The notes beneath the pieces are model-generated. The model had not been told where the DNA came from. It ran no database searches and was given only the letters and a program-made list of their open reading frames with translations. This document shows positions 56,380 through 64,000 of a stretch of 64,000 bases of DNA, piece by piece. Numbering within the stretch: the first letter of the stretch is position 1; every line of letters starts with the position of its first letter. Origin of the DNA: Ruminococcus sp. (GTDB taxonomy: Bacteria; Bacillota; Clostridia; Oscillospirales; Acutalibacteraceae); the NCBI GenBank assembly GCA_024403825.1, contig JAKSRB010000001.1, forward strand, positions 10,124 through 74,123, read 5' to 3'. The position numbers and the translations under genes were made by a program.

Positions 56380-58470
56380 ATGTCAGATTTGGTAATTGTG
56401 GAGTCGCCCGCAAAAGCTAAAACAATCAAAAAGTACCTTGGAAGTGGCTATGAAGTAGTTGCATCTATGGGTCATGTCAGGGATTTGCCAAAAGCCCGAC
56501 TTAGTGTTGATATAAAGCATAAGTTTACTCCAAAATATGAAATAATCAAGGGCAAAGAAAAGCTTGTAAAGGAATTAAAGGCACTTGCAGATAAGAGTGA
56601 TAATATTTATCTTGCAACCGACCCTGATAGAGAGGGAGAAGCTATTTCATGGCATCTTGCATATATTCTTGGATTGCCTGACGGTTATGATAAGCGTGTT
56701 GAATTTAATGAAATTACAAAATCAGGTGTACAGAATGGTATGAGCAATCCTCGTTCAATAAACCTTGACCTTGTAAATGCACAGCAGGCAAGACGAGTAC
56801 TGGACAGACTTGTTGGTTATAAGCTTAGTCCTTTTATTTCTCAGAAAATCAGAAGAGGTTTATCGGCAGGCAGAGTTCAGTCCGTAGCTTTGAGAATAAT
56901 AGTTGACAGAGAAGAAGAAATCAGAAAATTCAAGCCTGAGGAATACTGGACAATAGATGCAAAGTTTATTCCAAAGGGCAGCAGAAAGCAGTTTACAGCA
57001 AGTCTGTATTCTGATGCAAATGGTAAAATCAAAATTCAGAATCAGGAACAGGCTGATAAAATTGAGGCAGACCTAAAGGATGCCGAATATATGATTACAA
57101 AGGTAAGACATGGCACAAGGAAAAGAACACCAGCACCACCGTTTATTACCTCTACATTACAGCAGGAAGCATCAAGAAAGCTTGGTTTCCAGTCAAGAAG
57201 AACAATGAAGGTTGCTCAGGAGCTGTATGAGGGTGTTGATGTTCAGGGAATGGGTGCTACAGGTCTTATAACATATATGAGAACTGACTCGTTGAGAATT
57301 TCTGAGGTTGCAATAGATGAAGTTACAAAATATATTGCATCAGAATTTGGCAGTGAATATCTGCCTGACAAACCACGAGTATTCAAGTCAAGAGGAAATG
57401 CACAGGATGGTCACGAAGCAATAAGACCTTCAATGCCACATCTTGCACCTGATATGATAAAGGACAGCCTTACATCTGACCAGTATAAATTATATAAACT
57501 AATTTGGAACAGATTTACAGCCTCTCAGATGTCTGATTGTATTCATAAAACTACTCAGGCAGATATTGAGGCAAATGGATATACCTTTAAAGCCTCAGGT
57601 TATTATGTAAGTTTTGACGGATTTACAAAGCTGTATGTTGAAAGTAAGGATGAGAGTGAAGAAAAGTCCTCAGAATTACCTTCACTTGAAAAGGATACTC
57701 CTGTAAAGTGCAAGGAATTGCAGAAAAATCAGCATTTCACACAACCGCCTGCACGATACACCGAAGCATCACTTATCAAAGCACTTGAAGAGTACGGAAT
57801 AGGAAGACCTTCAACCTATGCATCAATTATCACAACAATAACAAGCAGAGAGTATGTAAAGCGTGAGGCAAAAAGTCTGATACCTACTGAGCTTGGTGAA
57901 GTTATTACAGGATTAATGAAGGAAAGATTTCCAAAAATTGTAAATCTTAAATTCACAGCACAAATGGAAGAAGAGCTTGACACCGTTGAACATGGAAATG
58001 AAGAATGGGTAGAGGTACTTGACGGATTCTATACAGAGTTTTGGGAAACCATTAAGAAAGCCAAAGCTGATATGGAGGGCGTAAAGCTAAAGCTTAAAGA
58101 AGATGAAACAGACCTTGTTTGTGATAAGTGCGGTAAGCCAATGGTAGTAAAATTCGGCAGATTCGGAAAGTTTATAGCTTGCTCAGGTTATCCTGACTGT
58201 AAAAATGTAATGAAGTTTGTACAGAAAACAGGTGTTAAATGTCCGAAGTGTGACGGAGATGTAATTGTAAAGCATACAAAGACAAAAAGGATTTTTTATG
58301 GTTGTTCCAATTATCCTGAATGTGATTTTGTAAGCTGGAATGAACCAACAAATGAAAAATGTCCGCAATGTGGTGGAATTTTATACAGAAAAAAAGGTAA
58401 AAAGCCTGTTTTATTCTGTTCTGCCGAGGGTTGCGGTTACAGTAAAACCGATAATCAGGAAGATAGCTAA
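56380..58470 (+). CDS. topA: DNA topoisomerase I
   Basis: IVESPAKAKTI, ATDPDREGE, SAGRVQS, ITYMRTDS, GIGRPSTY and three C-terminal Zn ribbons. Confidence 0.98.
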   Translation: MSDLVIVESPAKAKTIKKYLGSGYEVVASMGHVRDLPKARLSVDIKHKFTPKYEIIKGKEKLVKELKALADKSDNIYLATDPDREGEAISWHLAYILGLPDGYDKRVEFNEITKSGVQNGMSNPRSINLDLVNAQQARRVLDRLVGYKLSPFISQKIRRGLSAGRVQSVALRIIVDREEEIRKFKPEEYWTIDAKFIPKGSRKQFTASLYSDANGKIKIQNQEQADKIEADLKDAEYMITKVRHGTRKRTPAPPFITSTLQQEASRKLGFQSRRTMKVAQELYEGVDVQGMGATGLITYMRTDSLRISEVAIDEVTKYIASEFGSEYLPDKPRVFKSRGNAQDGHEAIRPSMPHLAPDMIKDSLTSDQYKLYKLIWNRFTASQMSDCIHKTTQADIEANGYTFKASGYYVSFDGFTKLYVESKDESEEKSSELPSLEKDTPVKCKELQKNQHFTQPPARYTEASLIKALEEYGIGRPSTYASIITTITSREYVKREAKSLIPTELGEVITGLMKERFPKIVNLKFTAQMEEELDTVEHGNEEWVEVLDGFYTEFWETIKKAKADMEGVKLKLKEDETDLVCDKCGKPMVVKFGRFGKFIACSGYPDCKNVMKFVQKTGVKCPKCDGDVIVKHTKTKRIFYGCSNYPECDFVSWNEPTNEKCPQCGGILYRKKGKKPVLFCSAEGCGYSKTDNQEDS

Positions 58471-59780
58471 TGTATATTAATGTTATAGGAGCAGGACTTG
58501 CAGGCTGTGAGGCGGCAATGCAAATTGCAAATCAGGGTATCAAAGTAAAATTGTACGAAATGAAGCCTCAAAAGCGAACACCTGCACATCATACCGATAT
58601 GTTTGCAGAGCTTGTATGCTCAAACTCTTTAAAAGCAATGCGAACTGAAAGTGCGGCAGGACTTTTAAAGGAAGAAATGCGTAGGCTTAATTCATTTCTT
58701 ATGAAATGTGCAGACAGCTGCAAGGTTCCGGCAGGTGGAGCTTTGGCTGTTGACAGAGATATTTTTTCAAGGCTTGCTACCAAGGAAATTTATGATAATC
58801 CGAATATTGAAGTTATAAATGGTGAGGTTACGGATATTCCTGATGATGCAATAACAGTTGTTGCTACAGGACCTCTAACCTCAGAACCACTCGCAAATGC
58901 TGTTCAAAAAATGTTTGGTGATTCACTTTCATTTTTTGATGCGGCAGCTCCTATTGTTACCGCAGATAGCATTGATATGGACTATGCTTTTTCAGCATCA
59001 AGATACGGCAAGGGTGACGGTGATGATTATATTAACTGTCCTATGAATAAAGCTGAATATGAAAGCTTTTACAATGAGCTTGTTTCTGCTGAAAGGGCCG
59101 CCTTACATGATTTTGATGTTAATAATCCAAAGGTATATGAGGGTTGTATGCCTGTTGAAGTAATGGCACAGCGTGGCGAGGGTACATTAAGATTTGGACC
59201 AATGAAACCAGTTGGTTTGACTGATCCGAGAACTGGTCACAGACCATGGGCAGTTTTACAGTTAAGAAAAGAAAATTCAGCAGGAACAATGTATAATCTT
59301 GTTGGATTTCAGACTAACCTCAAATTTCCAGAACAGAAAAGAGTATTTTCACTTATTCCTGCTTTGCATAAGGCAGAATTTGTAAGATATGGTGTAATGC
59401 ACAGAAATACCTTTATATGTTCGCCAAAGGTACTTAATGCCGATTATTCTGTTAAGGGTAACAAAAATCTGTTTTTTGCAGGTCAGATTACAGGTGTTGA
59501 GGGATATATGGAATCTGCTGGTTCTGGCATTATTGCAGGAATAAATGCAGTAAGAACCTTACAAAATAAGAAAACCTTGATTTTTCCAAAGAATACAATG
59601 CTTGGAGCATTGTCAGGATACATTGCAGATCCGACAGTTGTAAAATTTCAGCCAATGGGTGCTAATTTTGGTATATTACCAGAGCTTACAAATCGTCCGA
59701 GAGATAAACGAGAACGAGGTGTAGCTTATTCCGAAAGAGCATTGGAAAGTTTAAAATGCTTTATTGAAAGCGAGGATTAA
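58470..59780 (+). CDS. trmFO: FAD/folate-dependent tRNA (uracil-54) methyltransferase TrmFO (Gid)
   Basis: IGAGLAGCEAA, AELVCSNS, YNLVGFQT, RYGVMHRN and GQITGVEGY motifs. TAATG coupling to topA. Confidence 0.96.
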   Translation: MYINVIGAGLAGCEAAMQIANQGIKVKLYEMKPQKRTPAHHTDMFAELVCSNSLKAMRTESAAGLLKEEMRRLNSFLMKCADSCKVPAGGALAVDRDIFSRLATKEIYDNPNIEVINGEVTDIPDDAITVVATGPLTSEPLANAVQKMFGDSLSFFDAAAPIVTADSIDMDYAFSASRYGKGDGDDYINCPMNKAEYESFYNELVSAERAALHDFDVNNPKVYEGCMPVEVMAQRGEGTLRFGPMKPVGLTDPRTGHRPWAVLQLRKENSAGTMYNLVGFQTNLKFPEQKRVFSLIPALHKAEFVRYGVMHRNTFICSPKVLNADYSVKGNKNLFFAGQITGVEGYMESAGSGIIAGINAVRTLQNKKTLIFPKNTMLGALSGYIADPTVVKFQPMGANFGILPELTNRPRDKRERGVAYSERALESLKCFIESED

Positions 59781-59785
59781 AACAA

Positions 59786-60766
59786 ATGAAAATAATTATT
59801 GATGCTTTTGGCGGTGACAATGCACCACTTGAAATTTTAAAGGGGTGTGCTGAGGCTGTAAAAAAGTTTGGAATAAATATTATCCTTACAGGAAATGAAA
59901 ACGAAATCAAAAAGACTGCAAGTGAAAATGAAATTTCTCTTGAAAATATGGAAATAGAGCATTGCACTGAGGTTGTAACAATGCACGATACAGCGGACGC
60001 AGTTCTTAAATCTAAAAAAGACAGCTCTATGGCTGTTGGTCTTAAGCTTCTTAGTGAGGGTAAGGGTGATGCTTTTATAAGTGCCGGAAACAGCGGTGCA
60101 TTATGTATGGGAGCAACACTTGGTATCCGCAGAATCAAGGGCATTAAAAGACCTGCATTTGCTCCTGTTATGCCAACTAAAAAAGGATTTTTTATGCTTA
60201 TGGACGGTGGAGCAAATATTGAATGTCGTCCTGAGATGCTTTATCAGTTTGCACTTATGGGTTCAATTTATATGAATAAGGTTATGGGTGTTGAAAATCC
60301 AAGAATCGGTCTTTGTAATGTTGGAACAGAGGAGCATAAGGGTACTGAGCTTTATCAGACTACATATGAGATGCTTAAAAACAGTAATCTTAATTTCATA
60401 GGTAATGTTGAGGGCAGGGATTTACCTGACGGTGTTTGTGATGTTGCAGTATGTGACGGATTCACTGGTAATCTTATATTAAAAACCTATGAGGGCGTTG
60501 CAATGGTTCTTTTAAACCAGATAAAAAATGTTTTCAAGAGCAGTACCAGAGGTAAGCTTGCAGCGGCACTTACTATGAAGGAGCTTAAGGATTTTAAATA
60601 CAGATTTGATTATAATTCATATGGTGGTGCTCCAATACTCGGAACCTCAAGACCTGTGTTTAAGGCTCATGGAGATTCAAAAGCAAATACTCTTGTTAAT
60701 GCAATTAAGCTTAGTGTTGATTATGTCAGAGCTAAAGCTATTGACGAAATTTCTGCGGCAATTTAA
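59786..60766 (+). CDS. plsX: Phosphate acyltransferase PlsX
   Basis: IDAFGGDNAP, SAGNSGA, DGGAN, GNVEGRD, VCDGFTGN and KAHG motifs. Confidence 0.96.
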   Translation: MKIIIDAFGGDNAPLEILKGCAEAVKKFGINIILTGNENEIKKTASENEISLENMEIEHCTEVVTMHDTADAVLKSKKDSSMAVGLKLLSEGKGDAFISAGNSGALCMGATLGIRRIKGIKRPAFAPVMPTKKGFFMLMDGGANIECRPEMLYQFALMGSIYMNKVMGVENPRIGLCNVGTEEHKGTELYQTTYEMLKNSNLNFIGNVEGRDLPDGVCDVAVCDGFTGNLILKTYEGVAMVLLNQIKNVFKSSTRGKLAAALTMKELKDFKYRFDYNSYGGAPILGTSRPVFKAHGDSKANTLVNAIKLSVDYVRAKAIDEISAAI

Positions 60767-60802
60767 AAATTTGTTGCAATTTTAGATATTTGGAGTTCTG
60801 AA

Positions 60803-61480
60803 ATGGAAGATTTACAAAAAAAGATTGGTTATCAATTTAAAAATACAGATTTGCTTAAAGAGGCTTTGACTCATTCGTCCTATGCGAATGAGCATAAGTC
60901 CAAGCATATCAAATATAACGAAAGACTTGAATTTCTCGGAGATGCTGTACTGTCAATAGTGGTTTCAGATTATATATTTAAGAACTGCCCTGAGCTTCCT
61001 GAGGGAGAGCTTACAAAACTCAGAGCATCACTTGTTTGTGAAAAAACTCTATATGATTTTGCAAAAACAATAAATCTTGGAAAATATCTGATATTAAGCA
61101 AGGGCGAAAGAAATAATGGTGGTGCAGACCGTCCGTCAATATTATCAGATGCGTTTGAGGCATTAATTGCGGCAATATACATTGACGGAGGATTTACTCC
61201 TGCATCAAAGCATATTTTGAATTTTATAATTCCAGCTGTTAAAAATTCCAAGAAAAAACGCATAAATGATTATAAAACCACCTTGCAGGAAATTATCCAG
61301 AAAAATCCTGGTGAACAGATTGAATATGTACTTGTAGGAGAAAGTGGTCCTGACCATAACAAGCACTTTGTCGTAGAAGTACATCTCAACAGCAATGTTA
61401 TTGGAAAAGGCGGAGGTCGCAGCAAAAAAGAAGCTGAACAGCAGGCGGCAAGACAGGCTTTGGAGTTGATGGGTTATTAA
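60803..61480 (+). CDS. rnc: Ribonuclease III
   Basis: ALTHSSY, NERLEFLGDAVL, SDAFEALIAAIYID and dsRBD (DYKTTLQE, GPDHNK, SKKEAEQ). Confidence 0.98.
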   Translation: MEDLQKKIGYQFKNTDLLKEALTHSSYANEHKSKHIKYNERLEFLGDAVLSIVVSDYIFKNCPELPEGELTKLRASLVCEKTLYDFAKTINLGKYLILSKGERNNGGADRPSILSDAFEALIAAIYIDGGFTPASKHILNFIIPAVKNSKKKRINDYKTTLQEIIQKNPGEQIEYVLVGESGPDHNKHFVVEVHLNSNVIGKGGGRSKKEAEQQAARQALELMGY

Positions 61481-62477
61481 ACATAGTAATATATCAATTT
61501 TTATACCGCATAACGGCTGTCCAAATCAATGCAGTTTCTGTAATCAGAAAAATATAACAGGACAGGTCTGCCAGCCTGATGCTGAAGATATTAAGAATAC
61601 TCTTGAAAAAGCATTAATTGATTTGGGAGATAAATCTCATAATGCTGAAATTGCTTTTTTTGGCGGTAGCTTTACAGCGATTGACAGGAATTATATGCTC
61701 AGCCTGTTAGAGGCTACTGTACCATATATTTCAGAGTTTGAGGGTATAAGAATTTCAACTCGTCCGGACTGTATTGATAATGAAGTTCTTGAAATTCTGA
61801 AAAAATACAAGGTAAGCTCAATAGAGCTTGGGGCACAGTCAATGGATGATGAGGTGCTTTTGGCTAACCGTAGAGGACATACTTCTGATGATGTTATAAA
61901 TGCAAGCAGAAAAATTTCTGAGTATGGTTTTTCTTTAGGCTTGCAGATGATGACAGGGCTTTATAAATCCTCATATGAAAAGGATTTAGCTACAGCAAAG
62001 GAATTTATCAGGCTTAAGCCCGATACTGTCAGGATATATCCTACAGTAATTATGAAGGATACTGAGCTTGCAGGTTATTATCTGAGCGGAGATTTTGTAC
62101 CATATACACTTGAAAAATCTGTTGAGCTTTGTTCTGAACTGATTACTCTTTTTGAAGAAAATAATATAAATATTATCCGACTTGGACTACATTATTCTGA
62201 CAGCTTGATTAATAACAGCTATGGTAATAATTATCATCCTGCATTTAAGGAATTATGTGAAAGCAGAATTTTTTATAATAAATTTATTAGTATGGCAAAT
62301 AATGTTGCTTCAAAAAATATTACTGTTACGATTAATCCGAAATCCGTATCTAAATTTCTTGGACAGAAAAAAAGCAACTTGAATTTACTTAATAATATTG
62401 GCTATAATATTAAGCTTGAATATGATAATAACCTTTCAAAATACGATTTAATACTGAAACAGGGAGCTATTGAATGA
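61476..62477 (+). CDS. Radical SAM protein (rnc-smc associated family), probable ATT start
   Basis: The frame of track ORF 61623 extends upstream: IKHSNISIFIPHNGCPNQCSFC. The CxxxCxxC motif lies before the first canonical start, and an in-frame TGA sits at 61467. Confidence 0.85.
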   Translation: MKHSNISIFIPHNGCPNQCSFCNQKNITGQVCQPDAEDIKNTLEKALIDLGDKSHNAEIAFFGGSFTAIDRNYMLSLLEATVPYISEFEGIRISTRPDCIDNEVLEILKKYKVSSIELGAQSMDDEVLLANRRGHTSDDVINASRKISEYGFSLGLQMMTGLYKSSYEKDLATAKEFIRLKPDTVRIYPTVIMKDTELAGYYLSGDFVPYTLEKSVELCSELITLFEENNINIIRLGLHYSDSLINNSYGNNYHPAFKELCESRIFYNKFISMANNVASKNITVTINPKSVSKFLGQKKSNLNLLNNIGYNIKLEYDNNLSKYDLILKQGAIE

Positions 62478-64000
62478 GATTAAAATCATTGGAAATACAC
62501 GGATTTAAAACCTTTCCAGATAAAACAAAATTATCCTTTGAACAGGGCATAACTTCTGTTGTAGGTCCTAATGGTTCAGGCAAGAGCAACATAAGCGATG
62601 CCATAAGGTGGGTACTTGGCGAGCAATCACCAAAAAGCCTGAGATGCTCAAAAATGGAAGATGTTGTGTTCAATGGAACTGATAAAAGAAAACGGCTTGG
62701 ATATGCAGAAGTTACGCTGAATATAGAAAACAAGGACAGAGTGTTAAATTTTGACGGTGATGAAATTGCAATTACAAGGCGATTTTACAGAAGTGGTGAA
62801 AGCGAATATCTGATAAATAAGGCATCCGTAAGATTAAAGGATATAAATGAGCTGTTTATGGATACTGGTCTTGGTCGTGACGGATATTCGATGATAGGTC
62901 AGGGAAAAATTGACAGTATTGTATCTTCAAAGGGTGAGGACAGACGAGAAATTTTTGAAGAGGCGGCAGGTATATCTCGTTACAGATACCGAAAAATTGA
63001 AGCAGAACGCAAGCTGAAAGCTACAGAAGAAAATTTGCTAAGACTGCGTGATATTGTAACAGAGCTTGAAGAACGAGTAGGACCTTTGCAGAGACAGTCA
63101 GAAAAGGCACAAAGCTTTCTTACATATTCAGAGGAAAAGCGTGGACTTGAAATTGCCTTGTGGCTCAGAACCTTGGATAAGTCGCAAAATGAACTTAAAA
63201 CACAGGATGAAAAAATTTCTATAGCAAAATCACAGTATAAGGATGCTGTACAGGCACTTGAAAATGTTCAGGCTGAAACCGAAGAGATTTATCGTAAAAA
63301 TGGTGAATTATCATCAAAAATCGAATTATTCAGAGGTCAGATTTCAGAGCTTGAAGGTCAGATTTCTGACAAGCGTTCAATATTGTCAGTTGCAAAAAAT
63401 GATATTTTGCATAATAATGAGAATATTAATAGATTGCAGGAAGAAATAATTCAGGTTGATAAAAACGCAGACGGTCTTGAAAAGAAAATCGCTGAAAAAC
63501 AGGAAAAGATTGCAGAGCTTGACTCAGTTATAATAAATAAGCAAAAGCAATATACTGAAATTTCTGAAAAACTAAACCTTGTAAATCTTGATTCAAGCAA
63601 AAGTGGAGATGCATTACAGGAGCTTACCTCAGAGCTATCCTTCTTAACCTCAAAATCGGCAGATGCAAAGGTTATTGATATGACCTCTGAAGGCACAATA
63701 AAAGAGCTTACATCAAGAATGGAAAATCTTACTTTATCAAATGACGAAAGACAGCAACAGCTTTCAGCTATGGAAGAAATGCTTGAAAAGTATAATTCTG
63801 ATATAAATTTATATTCAGATGAAATTAATGCTCTTACTAATTCCGTACAGGGACTTGACATAAAGCTTAATACAAAAAATAACAGACGAAATGAGCTTAG
63901 AGAAACAAGCGAAAAGCTGTCACTTGATGTAAAAGAGCATTTGCGTAAAATTTCCTTTCTTGAAAATCTCGAAAGAAATCTTGAAGGCTTTTCAAAGAGT
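62474..64000 (+). CDS. smc: Chromosome segregation protein SMC (3' truncated by window, absent from ORF track)
   Basis: Manual translation: MRLKSLEIHGFKTF...VVGPNGSGKSNISDAIRWVLGEQ...IGQGKID...FEEAAGI followed by coiled coil, open to the window end. Confidence 0.97.
   Translation, partial: MRLKSLEIHGFKTFPDKTKLSFEQGITSVVGPNGSGKSNISDAIRWVLGEQSPKSLRCSKMEDVVFNGTDKRKRLGYAEVTLNIENKDRVLNFDGDEIAITRRFYRSGESEYLINKASVRLKDINELFMDTGLGRDGYSMIGQGKIDSIVSSKGEDRREIFEEAAGISRYRYRKIEAERKLKATEENLLRLRDIVTELEERVGPLQRQSEKAQSFLTYSEEKRGLEIALWLRTLDKSQNELKTQDEKISIAKSQYKDAVQALENVQAETEEIYRKNGELSSKIELFRGQISELEGQISDKRSILSVAKNDILHNNENINRLQEEIIQVDKNADGLEKKIAEKQEKIAELDSVIINKQKQYTEISEKLNLVNLDSSKSGDALQELTSELSFLTSKSADAKVIDMTSEGTIKELTSRMENLTLSNDERQQQLSAMEEMLEKYNSDINLYSDEINALTNSVQGLDIKLNTKNNRRNELRETSEKLSLDVKEHLRKISFLENLERNLEGFSKS

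Overview
Core chromosomal segment of an AT-rich Clostridia (Oscillospiraceae/Ruminococcus bromii-like) starch-degrading spore-former. The taxonomy is inferred from gene content, not from a database search. Most genes are on the + strand. In order: the end of a fructose PTS-ptsH-ptsI operon, a minus-strand MoxR/DUF58/transglutaminase trio, gdhA, PPIase, HAD, an M16 peptidase pair, lgt, folD, tepA, uppP, ftsK, ygiQ, a ComEC-like MBL protein, tyrS, mscL, eno, two tandem secreted type I pullulanases (one membrane-anchored, one with dockerin and CBM26, amylosome-type), flavoproteins, a spoIVF-like pair with radical SAM genes, tadA, a six-gene CDP-polyol/teichoic-acid-like locus, infC-rpmI-rplT with an L20 leader, and trmH-dprA-topA-trmFO-plsX-rnc-radical SAM-smc (partial, missed by the ORF track). 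I found no tRNA, rRNA, CRISPR array, IS or prophage. Best second-look signals: (1) a 17/18 match to the PhoB-type direct repeat, exactly 10 nt upstream of a -10 box, driving a predicted ~95-nt terminated RNA that carries a perfect anti-RBS/anti-start-codon tract (42241-42375); (2) mutually exclusive terminator/antiterminator folds in the gdhA leader; (3) two parallel CDP-polyol pathways including an AlsE-like epimerase; (4) an in-frame amber stop in the transglutaminase gene; (5) non-canonical starts for infC (ATC) and for the radical SAM gene after rnc (ATT). All motifs and folds were read by eye and none were computed.
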